Positions 13,668 to 28,689 of a stretch of DNA of 62,817 bases are shown piece after piece (the stretch's first letter is position 1; each line of letters starts with the position of its first letter). The DNA comes from Psammoneis japonica (Eukaryota): NCBI GenBank assembly GCA_008632985.1, contig QPGO01000015.1, positions 1-62,817 of the forward strand, given 5' to 3'. A program made the position numbers and the translations under genes. Under the pieces are notes generated by a model that made no database searches, was not told where the DNA came from, and saw only the letters and a list, made by a program, of their open reading frames with translations.

Positions 13668-16600
13668 ATGGCGTCGGTAACTGAGGTTGAGGAAAGATTG
13701 GCAGTGGCATCGATGGAGACAGACACAGAGTCTTCTTCACTTCGCACGGAAAGTGAAGGCGTACCGGCTCACATTCGCTCTCGGATGAGAGATGATCTCC
13801 CAACTCCCACCGAAGGTTCAAGAAGTATGCATACTCACCCAAGACGACGACAAATGAGAGACCCACCAGCGTCAAGGCTAAGGAATCAGGCTAGAATGGA
13901 TCAACGTGGAAGAGCATCAATCCATGCACCGAGTCGACATGCTTCAAGTCAGATTCACTCCAGTCCCATAGTTCATGTTGATTCTGTGCAGCGAGAAGAA
14001 GACGCGTCTCAGAGCGCCCGAGCGTTTGTTCTTGTTGATGCAGTTGACCAGCCCATTCTATCAGGTGGTACGGAAGCGATGGAACCGATACAAGTAACAG
14101 GGAGTGATGCAGTGCACATAGATGAAGAAATGACTGATATTCAGAATGCTGTGTTTGCGAATGATGCTTCTGTAGCCATGGCGACAGCTACTCTTGACCG
14201 AAGCGCCCAAGAAGCAACAGTGGTTTCAAGCACCCCATCACAAGCAGAACTGGCGGAAGAACTGGACGAAAAAATTGCAGCAGCGATGGGTCGCAGCCTT
14301 GGTTTGACAGTAGAGAGACTGGAAGAAGAAGCCGCGGTAGTAGGAATTACTGAACACGACGTGCACCCAGCTGACTTAGCGGAGGGCGAAGTCCGTGCCA
14401 CTTTTATTGGGGAAGACTATTCTCGAGCGGTAAGAGTACCCGATACCCCCTCTAGTGTTTCCCCTACTCATGAACAAGAGGCCACTGTGATTGAGATTGC
14501 GCAAAACGGACCTACGACTGTGTCTCAAAATGAAGAGGTCGCTCCGTCGGAAACACCTAGCATTTCACCCGCTGTCGCGTCACCTGTTGCTTCGAGTAGC
14601 AGAGAGGAGGAAGCAACTGTTCTAAAATTGAAGAGGATATTCATCCTGACAATTTATCTCCAACTGACGTAGCAGCCACCCTCCTTGAACGCGACTCTTC
14701 CCGGGCACCACCACCACCACCGCATCGTTCTCCACAGAGACCAATGAATGTGCGGTCTTCCTCTAGCCCTGTGACTGCGTCTTATCATAATCCATTCCAA
14801 GACGATTCTGAAGATACGCCTGCATTGTCTCGCGCTGGCTTGGCCGCCTTGGACGAGGCAGAGGAACGCGCATGGCTGAACCATCCGCCACTGGCAAGCC
14901 CTAATGTCCCACCGATCTTGCCTCCTCAAGTTCCTAGAAGCGCAAGTGACCCATCGCCCATAGAAGCCGAACCACTATCCAACTCGTCTTCCGTTGGCCT
15001 AGAAGCCCCCTCTCAAGAGAGACGAAGTACATTAGAGCCTCCCGCTCCGTTACCTCGCCAGCGTCCTCCGCCTCGACCAATGGCTGAGCGATCTGTGTCC
15101 GAACCATCAGAAACATGTCATCCACGTGGGAACCGCATTCCAACTCGCTCGCCAAGCGTTGAGCGCACTAGCAATGGAAGCGGGCCAATAACTCCAGTAC
15201 AAACCCATGGGGCGGCACCCAAAGGTTGCATAGAGTAAGTTTACCTTGTCTGTCAGTTCTTGCCGCGGCCTTGTGCCTGACTGTTGATATATTTTCTTCT
15301 GATTAGTTGTCAAACATGGCGTTAAGAAGCACAAAGGATGCGATGGACATGTTTCTTGGTGATCCCACCTCTCGCAAACGTAATGGACGTAAAGAGCCTC
15401 TCTCCCCTGCTGAATGTATAATGCCGCGAACTTTGTTACCTTGGTCTGTTTTCCATAACGAGACTACGAATATGTGGATTGCGACTGTAAATACCAATCA
15501 GAAGGCTCTAGACAGCAAGAATGTCGAGGAGGCGTCAAGAGCACTGAAAGCGTTCTCTCTGCCAACACAGCGATCTGCAGAAGAAGTTGGTTTAGCAATG
15601 GCGCCCCCTCGGATGCTACCCTTTGATACAAATCCGTTGTGCCATATATGTCAAGGCAAATTCTCTGTCTTTCGAAGAGCCTGTCATTGTCGGAATTGCG
15701 GTGTTTGTGTTTGTTCAAGTTGCAGTACTGCGAGACCTTCGAAAATGATACCAACCACATACAACATCAAGAATGAATCGACTGTGAATATATGCAGGTC
15801 TTGCGACTGGCTCAGCTCGGCTTTCAGAATTGCTCTCCTCGAGGGGCAAAGGGACGAAGCTCTTGCCTTATACTCTACCGGGAACATCAATGTTGAAAGC
15901 CCATTTGCCAATGTGAAGGGTGAATTGCTGTAAGTTACTCGTGCCATGACGGGTTTCAAAACCATTACCGATTATTTATTCGTTGAGTGTTTGCGTGTCC
16001 ACAACCAGGTTCCCAGTGCATTGCGCTGTTATGGGAGGGAATTTGGACCTGGTGAAATGGCTGGTACGTACCATGTTGAGAAGAAAGGTCGTGCGGTGGA
16101 TCCTTCCATGATCCCTCATACTCGACATTTCTTTGCTATTCTATCGACAGATTGATGATCGGTGCTGCCCAATTCGTTACATGCGAAACCGTGATTTGGC
16201 AAAGAAGAAAGGGGTGCCTTTGCCCCTCTTAACCTCGAAAGGAAGATCGTTGTTGGGTCTAGCTCTGACCGACAAGAGGGTAGCGACAGAGCACAAAGTT
16301 GATATTTTTCATTACTTGACGGTTGAGAAAAACATGTCACTCTTTGATGAGAAGGATCTGAATATGTATACAGCGCTTGTTGCTCTCACGGCAGTGCTCA
16401 ACCAGCTTCCCCGTGAAACGGGTCAGGATATGTCAACTTCCGTTGCCTTGAACGAAGCCGCTATTATTCATGGACCAGAAAACGGCGTGGACGAATCTAT
16501 GAATGATGCAGCACTTGCTGCTCTAGCTGGGATGGAGCGAGAGGACGACGCAGCCGCAACTTCAGCCGACGACGTGAGTTTTCTTTGTCAAATTTGATGC

Positions 16601-16807
16601 AACATTGATTTGTTGTCGTGTCGTGATTTCTGACACTTCGTTTGTGGTGACGGTTTTTCCAAGTGTATTATATGCTATGACAATCCGATTGATAGCGTTC
16701 TGACTCCCTGTGGTCACCAGATATGTTGTATGCAATGCAGCAAGAATATCTCTTCGTGTCCAGTGTGCTCTGTGCCATGTTCTTTTATTAGGGTTTACAA
16801 GGCTTAG
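13668..16807 (+). CDS. FYVE-finger and C-terminal RING-finger protein; several introns, frameshift near 14620
   Basis: FYVE domain CHICQGKFSVFRRACHCRNCGVCVCSSC...CRSC. The last exon (16664-16807) encodes RING CIICYDNPIDSVLTPCGHQICCMQC...CPVC. Long low-complexity N-terminus. Confidence 0.82.
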
Positions 16808-17436
16808 ACGTTTTCTCGAAGAACCACGCGGCTAGCTTGCTTTCAAAAGACTGAAAAGACAGGAAGTCTCACAAGTTCTTGCCATGCCATTATCGGAGCT
16901 CAGCTGTGCTGTTGTTCGCAATGATGAATGTTTACAAGCTTCTCCATGGATGAGCCGTAGTGCAATGGTGCTGTGTCATAATTTTGTGAAGAGGCGAGGT
17001 AATGTGTTTTACGGTACAAGCACTCTCTAGCTTTCTCTGCTTTGAAATAATGGTCCTTGGAATGATTCAAATTTGCAGAACGCGAACATCTAGTGTTTGT
17101 GTCAACACTTAGCAGCTAGGAAAGCAGCCAAGAGGAAAGTCTAGTAGAGAGAAGAGACGGCACTGCACCTAACTGTTAAACTCCGCTGCTCTTTTTTGTG
17201 CACATTGAAGATGGTAATTCAAGCCTTCTGACTCTTCGGTGTTTGAGCCGCATCATCTTTAGGCAATTAGCCACTGTATGCCGTGCCTACCTGTTTCGTT
17301 GCAATACCGTGAACTCGGCATCTCTGCATTCTCATGAAAGGACAATTCGGCGCCGAGAGCAGCACGCCATCGAAGTCAGATACCATGCAACACCCCCGTT
17401 GCGCGTTACGCGTTACGCGGCATAGATCTACCCCGT

Positions 17437-20182
17437 TCACACAATGATGCGGATTCGTTTGTCGGATTCCCTGCGCTTGTCATTCGTATCGTACTTCGAA
17501 CACTCGACTTGGAGGATGGCTTCGTATTGCGCTCCCATTCCAAGTCGTCTACTTTCCCTCGACATATCACCTGTAGAAAGTTTGTTGCTGCCACACATAA
17601 GCTTCCTTCTCATTCGCTTTCCAGATCTGTAGCAGTTGAGGGCTGTGTCATTGGGGTCAAGCCCCTCCTTATTCATCGCATAGACAAGTCGCACCGCAAT
17701 ATCTGGTCGCAGAGATCTACCGCAGACGTAGAGCAAGCCATGATAGGCGGCAATGAGGTTCTTGCCTTTCGGACGAGAAATGGACACGGGTGCATTACGC
17801 GTTCGGTACTCATGAGCGAGGCAAGCCCGTCGAATCTCGTTTTTCCAGGCATTTATTGCACCGTCAATGTCGTCACCGAAGCAGCGAAAAATCGCATTGA
17901 TAAATCGACCATCAGCGGCAAATTGTGTTTTTGTCGCTAATCGGAAGACATTCATCGCAGAATCGACATCAGCAGGGCCGTACTGGAACGCAGATACTGC
18001 AATACAGTATGTTTGTGAGTTCGGCTTTGGGAGAGCCTGACCAATGTCTGCGTGTCTAGTCATGGCATCCAAAAGCGTCCTCGTAGCGTCGATGCAGGTC
18101 TTGTGATCTATGGCTAACACAAGGGGAGTGGCATAGACTTTGCTCTGAACTTCTTCATCCCGACCGTGTGAACTGTTCTCCATTTCAATGGAAAGATCAG
18201 GAGTAGTAGGGGCACTTGAAAATCCTTGTGCCGCCATTGATTCTTTGATAGCGAGAGCTCGGTACTATTCAATCTAGAACCCGATGCGAGCGCCGCTAGT
18301 AGGGCGTTCCATGTCCTTGCCTTCATCGAGTTTGTACCAAACTTGTCAAAAAACCAACAGGCAGACGAAGCATCCCCAACATCTCCGTAACGCGTCACAA
18401 CAGCACGAAGCACCGCAGGTGTAACTTCCACGTGAAACCTATTGATGGCCTCGGTGCACAGCAAAGTCAGCTCTTCACTATTAGATGCAACGCCCACCAT
18501 GGAGGTTAAAGTATAAGCATCAGGACGCAATCCAGAATCAAGTAGCGCCCGATACAAAGAACGCGCTTGGCGCCGCGCTTCATAGACGGATGAAGCGGGG
18601 GACACAGGTTTAGATGAATCTTCAACATCATCTGAAAGCCACGAGGTTTGATTATTGGTGTAGTCCTCCTTGGAGTCCACCTCACCGTTCTGATGCTTCG
18701 TTTCGTGCCGATATCCTTCAATCATGATATTGAAATGCCGCACACCAGGGCGGGCTCGTCCTGTGGAAACATCAGGTTTTTCTGCTGGAACGAGGTACGT
18801 ATCAAAGAGCGCTTGAGCAGTGGAAAGCTCACCCGACTTGACAAGAGTGTTTAGAAACGAAGCAAATGCGTTCGATACAGTGCCGAACTTGTTTGAGTTG
18901 CGTTCGATGAATGCTCCAATGAGAGAGTCGATGTCCCCGACGCGGCCGGCTCTAATCAACGGAACAAGAAGCAAGTCAATTGTATATTGATCTGGTTGTA
19001 GCGTGGGCTCTCTCAATAACCGATCAAAGAGGGTAAGCATCTCCGCCTCACCGGCTTCGCCATTATTTGCCAGAGCCTGTAATCGCGAGTTGTATGCATA
19101 AATATTCGGTTCAAAATCGTAACTCTGCATCTCTTTCCAAACTTCATCTGCTAAAGTAAGGTTGCCCACACTAGCAGCGGCACTAAGAAGTGTTGTATAA
19201 GACGTGACGTCGGGTTCCGCTCCTAGCACGCCCTGCACCATTCCCGGTTCTAGCCATTTTAGAGCGGTTTCAAGCGATGACAATTTTTTCGGTCTCTTCT
19301 GTTGCGACGACGAAACTCCCTTTCCTGTCGCCTCGTCACAAAGCGCCGCCAAGAAACAATTAAGAGCCACAATATCAACGTTTGCACCATGTGGATTACG
19401 CTGGCTCAGTTCACCCAGTCGAAACAATAACTTCTCGATTCGACGGATGCGTCCCATCTGACGTAAACTGTTGCAAACTGCAATATATGCTATAGGAGAT
19501 GGCAAATAACCTTGATCGATCATATTATCCAGCAATTCAAGAGCAAGCCACACTAGCCCTACTATTGCAAGTGCTTTGATGACTCGCTCCTGCACCGCAA
19601 AGGGCTCCGTTCTATGGATTTCAAGGGAGTCAAGAATTCGACCCAATTCTGCAACCTCAGCTTGCGTTCTGGCTGGCATTTGCCAAGAATTCAAAAAAAG
19701 CAGAAACACACACTGTAAGCGCTACACTCGAGCATTACGTATTACAACGTCTCACTTCAAAAGGCATGGAACGCACCGTAAAGAAGTTGGTTGAGAGTCA
19801 TCACAAGTGTTGCGTCGGCAGTCGGCCCGTCATGTTCTTCCGCCAATTTTTCAATGCTCTTAACAACCCACTTTAACGAAGTTTGTTTATTTGATGCAAA
19901 TCTACGGGGACTTCTGTCGTCTTGACCTGAAAGTTGATGATTCAGGTTGGAGTTAAACTGGTCGGCAGAGAGCCGCAGTTGGTGGAAACTGCGAGGTGAC
20001 GTGAATAACTTTTTCATTGCTGTTGACCAGTCAGCAGTCTCAGCACTTGCAGAGAACGACCCAAGATCACGCCGAGACCTCCATCTCGTTATTGAAAAAC
20101 ATTCCACCGACAAAAACGCTTTTGAAGTGACAAGGATGATGAATAAAAGACGCGGCGTCTCTGAAGAGTCTTCGTTTTCCAT
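17437..20182 (-). CDS. Pentatricopeptide repeat (PPR) protein; intron 19673-19776, frameshift near 18245
   Basis: Repeats such as PDVTSYTTLLSAAASVG, PNIYAYNSRLQA, PDAYTLTSMV and AYHGLLYVCGRSLRPD. Signal-peptide-like N-terminus (VEC-F). Confidence 0.88.
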
Positions 20183-20638
20183 CCCAAACGTCGTGACTGT
20201 TTCTGAACAACCATCATAGTAAAACTTTCCAACTCAACTTGATATTCTTCCCATCCTATCAAATTGGAAGTACTGTAGGGCCTACTGCATATATCGATGG
20301 GTCGCTTGGCCCTGCGAACAGCGAATGCATGCTGGGTGAATGGATGGTACCGTCGGGCCCTCTACCGGTACTTATTACTCGCGACGTGAGTTTTCGTTGA
20401 TTTTTTCTTTTCGTGTCAAAAATACAAAAATGAAAAGGACAGGCGGACAGAGCTGAAAGCATGTTAGTTTTATCGAATCAAACGTTACTGAAGGTATCAT
20501 TAAAATTGAGTGACGTATGTACCAGAATATGCTCGTAAGATTCTACTGCGATACATACAAAACGGAAGATGCGAAATTTTTCATCGAGTTTTCGTGTCAC
20601 TTGTGCACTGCGGCGAGAGGCGCCTTGTTGTTGGCACC

Positions 20639-21778
20639 ATGACGACGAACGCGCCCTCTGAGTCGCAGCCAGAGAATGAGCCCGTTCCAATGTTCGCAAC
20701 CTCCAATCCGGTAAGTTCTCCGAGATCAGATGAGAAGATTTTGTACATGAGCCTGCTTGTTTTTGTGCTTTTTGCGGTATGAGTTGTGACGCTCCAATCG
20801 AACGGAATCAGTAATAGCAGGTTCAGCTTTATGTACAAATCTACGGCCCATCCAGTACAGAAGATCCGCCTCAAGAAGCCACATTTTTTTCTGATTTGCT
20901 CCTTTCATTCCTCTCGTTTTTTTTAGACGGTCGATGAGCCTAACGTTGATCTTGATGATATCTTTCGTGATTGCTACTTTGGAGATTTTCCCGTGCCACC
21001 GTTTGTTCAGAGTGGAGCTGTCGAAACCGACGCTGGCCAGAAAAGAAGTGCGGAGGAAGCCGACTTGGACGAGGGTGGCGATTCCAAAAAGTCTAGTAAG
21101 CCTCTTACAGAACAGCAAAAAATCGAACGTAGGGAAAGGAATCGTGAACATGCGAAACGTAGTCGATTGAGGAAGAAGTTTCTTCTTGAGAGTCTGCAGG
21201 AGCAAATTCATGGGCTACAGGGCGAGATCGAAACACTCAAGAATATCATTCAAACTGAACTCCCAGACAAAGCTGATGCTCTTCTGTCGTCCGTTACCGC
21301 CGATAAAAGTAAATACAAACCTCTTCCGATGCCCAGTGGATTTGGTCCTGTCAAGACTCTGATGGAACCTGACTTTCGTCTCATGTCAGCTCTTTCCGGT
21401 TCGCAGCAGAATTTTGCCATCTCGGATCCTAGTCTCCCCGACAATCCCATTGTGTACGTTTCACAGGGTTTCCTCGACTTGACTGGGTACAAGCTTGACC
21501 AGGTGCTCGGGAGAAATTGCCGTTTTCTCCAGGGACCAGGTACTGATCAAAGTGCCGTCGATGTTATCCGTCGTGGTATTCGTGAAGGGATCGATACTTC
21601 TGTCTGTCTCTTGAACTACAGAGCTGATGGAACCCCTTTCTGGAACCAATTTTTTGTTGCGGCCCTTCGTGATGCTGAGAACAATGTCGTGAACTTTGTC
21701 GGGGTACAATGCGAGGTTTCAAAGGCAGTGGTAGACAAGCAGATCTCGGAGGGAAAGACGCCGGCTCTTTCGTCGTGA
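20639..21778 (+). CDS. AUREO1c: Aureochrome blue-light receptor (bZIP-LOV), 1c type; intron 20711-20926
   Basis: bZIP ERRERNREHAKRSRLRKKFLLESLQ and LOV domain with GRNCRFLQG. DFRLMSALSGSQQNFAISDP resembles diatom AUREO1c as I recall it; the subtype is less certain than the family. Confidence 0.93.
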
Positions 21779-22829
21779 GGGACGGGGAGCTTGATGGGAG
21801 TAGGGAAAGATGCATGTCGCCAAAACAACTCTAGTAATGATAACGTGAAGGTTTAAACAAAGTTAAATGACATCGAATCGTTTCCTAAATCGGAGTGGCA
21901 AAAGCGGTGATAGATTGACACACTCGACTACATGCTAAATGAAAGTCGGCCAAATTATTGGACGATTTTCAGACGGATGTAATGGCTCTTAGGCTGCTTT
22001 GAACGGCTCAAAAACTATGAACGACTCTCCCTTCACCAGAGCAGTGTGATGCTGATGTAGACAGGACGGATATGAACACACCTTTCTTCTGTTGTTGAGG
22101 AATTTCTGCCAATGCCTTCATAATGAGTTTCACCAGCCAACTCTCTTGCTGCGACACATGCTGGCATTCCATGCGATGGTGAAGCAATTGCAATGGCGGT
22201 CAAGAAACAAACCCACATAATGACACCACCACTGCCAGTGACAAAGGGAGGGAGAATTGAGGAGCTGTTTCAGTGATTGTGCAAACGACGTGATGTTGCC
22301 CCCTCTTTCTTTCTTTTTCAACAGACCCCCATCTGCAATTGTCTCCTTGTGGCCACAGGTGTCAAGGTTGGCTTGGCAAATGACATGAGTTAAGCATGCA
22401 ACTTTATCGGTGTAAAAGAGAAAAACATGCCATGTGTGACTGTCATGCCCATCATGGTTGATCTTGACTTTGTCGCGGTTTGCAGCAGCGATGATCCACC
22501 TTCAGCAGCTGAGGATGCTGGCCTCAACTGAAGGTTTGAAATGTCATGGAGAATCCTGCTTGTTCAGTCTCTCTCTGCTCTCATGATGTTTAAAATGCTT
22601 GGTGTTGATGCAGCTGTGATCAATTGCCACAATTTGTTCATTTGCACTTGCCCACAGAAAAGACAATGCCCAAAAGACTGCAGCCAAAGAACAATTGGGG
22701 GGACTCAGAGACAGCAGCACCAGAGAGGCAGAGGCAGGGCCACACAAAAAGTGATGCAGCTTGATCTAAGGCACATCACAGGGGGGGGGCAGGGAGAAAA
22801 TAGAGCTGCAAAAAGGAAGCCACAAATCC

Positions 22830-23060
22830 ACGTGGTTTGTTTGTCCCACAGCCATGTCAGAAGTGGTTCAAGCATTGTCTTGAGAAAGATGTGCAAGCTG
22901 ACAGACAGAGATGAAGGCCACATGGAGCATGCGGCAACATGCATGGCATTCAGTGAACTTAATTTTTCATGCCAAAACCAAACAGTCATTTCAGTGGATG
23001 TTGTTGATGATGCTGAGATGACACCACAGATGCCATGTGCTCCAGCTCGAGAGTTGTCAA
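22830..23060 (+). repeat. Diverged direct repeat A, copy 1 (copy 2 at ~28690-28885)
   Basis: Collinear shared blocks: gtcagaagtggt, caagctga..., catggagcatg/catggaacatg, tggatgttgttgatgatgctga and gctcgagagtt/gctcaagagtt. Confidence 0.7.
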
Positions 23061-26000
23061 CAGTGTTTAGAATCAACAGCCATCATCAAGAATGTTCTTG
23101 CTTGCACACAGTTGGAAAGTGTGCTTTTGCAAACCAGCCATTGAGTGGTGGTGCCAGTCAACAACTTGGTGAGACACCACAATCCACCTGACATGACTGA
23201 ACCATAGAGTGTGCATGAGATCTTTGCAACAAAAACAAGACACACTGTGTTTTGCCAGTGCTCGCACTGCAACAGGTCACCCCATTTTATTTTTAAAGCC
23301 ATGTGGCAGTTGGCAGAGCATGGGGCTCCAGCCAGATTTGCACTGAGCAGTTGTTGTGCAAATGGGCTCTCATCCTTGTCTGGCTGGCACTGGCAAACAC
23401 AGGAAGCTTGTTCAAAATGCTGCGTGCATGTTGATGATGACACCCTGGCTTGGAGCAGCCTCAGAAGCCTGGGCTCAATTGAGAACATCAAAGCCTTGAT
23501 GCCCCCTCCCTCCAGTGCCAGCCAGAGCCGAGTCTGTGGCAAAAATGAGGAGGCTCCACCAAATTGTGCCACTTTTTCCCTTTCTTGCCAGCAGACTCCA
23601 ACACAACAAGGGCAGTTGTTCAGCACTTCTTGGCCCTGGTTGTGACTGCACCAGCTCCCAACAACTGTGGACAAAAGCTCATGTGCAGATGATGAGATGT
23701 GTGCCCAATTGCTGCCAACAAAGCCATGTTTCCATGTGCAGTGTCTCATGAAAAGATTCTTGCATTCTCCCAAAGCACTGTCATGGCAAATGGAGCTCTC
23801 CTGCAGTGCTTCAATGATCATGTCCAATGCAATGACTGCAGCTCCAACTGGCCCACAGCCTCCAACACCACAGTGCAAGGCATTGCCTTTAGCATCACCA
23901 AGTTAGAAGATCAGATCACAACAAGCACCTGGAAAACACAAGCGACAGCTTCCCCAAGACAGCCCCCACACACAACAGATGTGCTGCCATTCATGTCATC
24001 CATCAATGGAGATGTTGTTCCTTCCAAACTCTGTGAAATGGGTGCCAAAAAATTCAAATGACAGGCTGCAACAGCAGCAGTCCAGGTGCAAAGCTGGATG
24101 CAGCACACCCTCAAGAACACCAGTTTGGTTGCTTGCTTGTGCTCAACCAAGGAGTGGTGGCAGCTGTGCAGGCTGGTGATTTCCACAGGATCACAGTGAT
24201 CTGCCAAACAACTTCAGCACCTTTTTCTTGGCATGCCCTCTGGTTGCACCAGGAAACAATGAGAAGGAGACAGTGGCAGCAGCAGTGATTTGTCTCCACA
24301 TGCAAGTCACAGCTAGAAGGAAAAGGTCTTTAAGAAAAGGACATCAAGAAGATGTCAGAGCAAAAACTCAAGTGGCCAATGATGGCAGATGCTCTCTCCT
24401 TTCAGATTTGTGACTTTGCTTGAATTCTTGTTGTTGTCCTGGGTGAGAAATCTCCTTCTGTTTTTGACATCAAGAAATGTTGTCTGATTTGCTGCAGCCA
24501 GCAGGAAAAGGACAGAGCTTTTTCTGGTGAACTCCCTTTGGATGCAGTCCAAAAGATGTCCAACTCTGGCTCACCAAATTGTGCCAACACTGAGGTGCAA
24601 TGCAACACCATTTGTGACTTCCTGGTTGGCTTCACAGATCTCCAGTGCAAAACAGCACTCAACCACTTTGCTTGAACCACCCTCACCTTTGTCACTGCTC
24701 AGGTGATGGGAGATGAACAAGGAACAAAATGCAGGGGTAAAGACAGATGCCAAGGGCCAAGGCAAAATGGTGCAAAATGACTCTCTGTGGTGCAATCCTG
24801 GAAAAGCTCAAGAAAGGTGAGGACTGTGGCAAGACCTTTCATTCCCACATCAAGTCCCTTCTCATCATGATGGATGGTGCTCATCTTTGTGGCAAGAAGA
24901 GTCATGTCAAGGGCCACTGTGTGACCTCTTGCAACTTCAATTGCAGCGAGCCAAAGGGAGCCACATTGGTTGTTGCTTGGTGGCAGCAACCTGGTCCACC
25001 ACCCAAACTGCCAAACACTCCAACCCTGCCTTTGATGATGTTTGTGTGTGAGCCCCAAACTCCCAAGCAAATTGCAAAAAATGGCAGGTCAATGACAAAT
25101 GGATCAAATCAAAGGCCGTCACACCCAGAACACTGTTGACTTAGTCTGAGAACAAGTTGATGAGCAATGACAAGCTGAGCAGCTGACTGACTCTTTCCTT
25201 GCCAGATGCAACTCAAGGATCCACACAATGCAAAAGTCTGCTGCAAAACCCAGTGACAGCTTTGTGTGTGTTCCATGGCTGCAGTGTTTCTGTGAGACAA
25301 GCAGCAATGCCCATGGCAATTGATGCACTGGCATGCCCAAGTTTGAGCTCTGAGTTTCGCCACAGTTGATGAGGAGCATGGAGCTCATGAAGCAAGGGAT
25401 GCTGATGGGAGTGCAGTGGGACAGACAGATGCATGGCAGGGCTTGGTTTTTCCCTGTGCTTGTTGCTGGCAAGTTGATGCTGTGCTTCCACCACAAGCAC
25501 CATGGCATCATTCATGAATGTTTGTCATTGCCAAAGCACATTGCACCACAGCGCTGATTGTGGCATCATGTTCCAGCCACAGAAAAGTTCCATGCTTTGT
25601 TTCACACAATTTTGTGCACAAGCATGTTGTTGCTTGTTGGGGACAGGCTGACAAGTGGTGGCATGTGTTTGTGAAGCTTTGAGTGTGCAAAACTCTCATG
25701 ACCAGCTGGAGGACAAATGCATGAGTGGTTGGGGGCAATCTGAGGCAGGTCAAAACAACACAGTGAAGTGTGGGAATTGTCAAGCCGTTTCAAATTTGAC
25801 CTCAGATGATTGACACACCACATCCTCAACATGACTTGCAAAGTTAATGAGCACATGTTCCAGCCATGTGCAAATCAAGCACCATGCACCAAAAACAACA
25901 TTTTTGAGACTTGTGATCAAGCTTTTGCCCCAGCCCACCAAAAGCACAGATTTGTCCAAACATCAATGTTTTGCAACACTGGCAAGACTCATGTCAGTGT

Positions 26001-28689
26001 TGCAATTTCATTGTTTTTGTGGCATCAATGTTTTTCATTGTGACAAATGAGTTGCAATGCCATGGATGAATTTGACCAAAATCTTGCAGATTTGCACTCC
26101 ATTGCTGTTTGAGTGTTTTCAAGACAAAACAATCATTTGCAATGTCATCTGGCAGGTCACGCTCCACCTGCAAAGGCTCCATTGCAGCCAATGTGCTGAT
26201 GTCATGCCAACCAGCATTTGCTCTGCAGAAGAAATTGTGGCATGCATCCCACGAACAAGACTTGGGCACCAATGAAAAAGGAAATGCTCAACTGTCCACA
26301 CTCTGTGGGACACTCACAAAAGCCAACACACATGTGAGCATTTTTTATCAACACACTTCACACACAAGGATTGTGTCATTTGCACTCAAAATGGAGCATT
26401 CAGGGCTGAAACATGCTGAGTGCAGCAATTAAGAAGGCTTGGCTGCCAGAGATGTTTTGCCTGTTGCCAGGAATGAAGAACAAGATGATGATGGCAAGGC
26501 ACCAGCACTCTGATTGCACAATTCATTCTGACTGTCAATCAGCAACACTTGTCAGAGTGGGCACGACAAGCAAAGGCCAACACAGACAGGACCCTCCAGC
26601 AACAAAGAGCAGGAGGGAGCAATGGCGGTGAAAGTTGGGGCAACAAAAACAACTCATTCTCAGGTGAAATCGTGGTGTGTGCAAACAAAGAGGCTTTGCA
26701 ATTTTAAGAATTGAAAAGTCATGGGAAGGGTGGCAATGTGAAATCTTTGAACTTTGCCTTGCAGGGCAGAATCACAAAGGAAAAAATCACTTCATGACTG
26801 TCCCTCATGGTGCTCAAATCTGCACAAGATTCTGTGCATTTGGTGGTGTTTTGGCACATCAATTCCCACACACCAACATTGGATGCCAAGATGGGAGAGC
26901 AAGGCAGCACACAAAACTGGCAGAGAAAGCAAAGAAAAACAACAGAAAGTGCTGCAAACATGGGATGCCACTTTGCAATGAGACAACACAAAACAAAACA
27001 AAAAAAGTTGCAGGCAGCAAGATGAGTGCAAACCAGCAGCAGGACAACAGGGGAAATGAGGGCCCACCAACTTTGATTGGTTCTGTGCATGCAAGGGAAG
27101 AAAGGAAGTGAGACGAAGCATGGCTTGCATGTGGGTTGATTTGTGCTCAAAGGAAATTTCTTGCCACACTCTTGTGCACTGCTGTCAAGGCAATGGCACA
27201 TCCACCTCTGGCTGGCTCCACAAGTCCAACTTCAACAAGGACAAGAGCCCCATGCAACTGACAGTCATGCATGAATTCACCTCCATCATGATTCCAGCCT
27301 GAAGCCAGTTGTTCAGTCAATGGCTCCCGGACAAGAAAAACTTTGTTGGCAACTGTTTGTTGAGAGACAGAAATCTTTGTGATGATGCTCTTGCTGCTTT
27401 GCTCTGTCATGTTGTTCTCAAGCAGATTCCTTGAAATTTTCTCATCTCCCACTGCCCAATGAGGCCATTTCATGGTTGACCTCCTTGACACCAAAGTTGC
27501 TTGTCAACAAGCCAACACCAAAGAAACCAACAAGAAGTGCAGTGCAGCTGGGCTCTCAGAGACAACCTTCTCATTGACAAACTCACTGTCACCCAATGCT
27601 GTCACAAGAATGGCAGCACTTGGCTCAATGTTGCAAAGTGTTGGCAGCAGGGATGACTGTCAGAGCTGCTGGTGTGGACAATGTGGTGCCAACCTTTGAG
27701 TCTTGTGACTGGAAGGGCTCAAGACTTGACAAGGACAGATGCTCATCTCACCTTCTGCTGTGACAATGCCAAGGACACAAGAGCCAAGATGGACAACAGA
27801 AGCAACAGAAAGCAATCACTGCCACACTCCTTGGAGCCCTTGCCAGAATTGCAAGGATGCAGCCATGAACTAAATGACCATCAGCACATGTTTTTTGTGA
27901 TGTGATCCTGCAAATGCTCCAGAACCAAAGGCAGCCATTGCACCAAACTTCTTTTGCTTTGAAACCTCCATTTCTTCCTCTCCAACAGGGAGTTGTCCCA
28001 CTCAGACCCAGATCCAGCCTTGGTGGACACTGCATCAATCAACCCCAAAGTGCCAGAAGAATGAAGAACAGTGCAGCACAGCCGCTGCATTCAGAATGGG
28101 CAGCAACATGCTCCAAACAGTCAAAGCCTGGTCAGCAGCAGCAGCAGCAGTGCACAGAGTCTGAGCTTGTGCCCTCCCTTGGCAACACTCAACTCACTGG
28201 TCTGCACCATCCAGACCAATGGCAAGCTTTGGAGCCTGCAATCACATCTGCCACATTGAAATGTGAGCTGCAGCAAAGGCAATCAGAGAGGAGTGGTTGG
28301 GATGCAATCACACAAGATCAGTGCACGCTCCATTCGCTCAGGCATGGCAATGGCGCTGTGTCTCAACAATGCACCAGTCCACTTGTCAGCACTCATCAGA
28401 ACCCACAGATGCAAGTGGCTCTCATGAAGCCCAACCCATCCCATGCCAAGCACAGTTGAGGGCACAACCACCATCATGGCTCATGCTGTTCATGCAAGTG
28501 GCATGATGGGCTGCAATGGAAATTTGTGATGGCACACCAACTGCAGGACTGTCGGGTTGCTGGGGAGTGTTGCTGCTCATGTCCAGGAATTAAAATTTTC
28601 TTGGGCCAAGCAACCGGCATGTCTTGATGCACTCCATTTTTGCTTGGAGCTGGATCTCACAACACCCGTTGCAAAGACTTGTTACATGG

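Noticed and set aside
23400..23450. CCVHVDDD as a mutated reverse-transcriptase YVDD motif
   Set aside because: No other RT motifs are recognisable at the right spacing, so it cannot be assigned.
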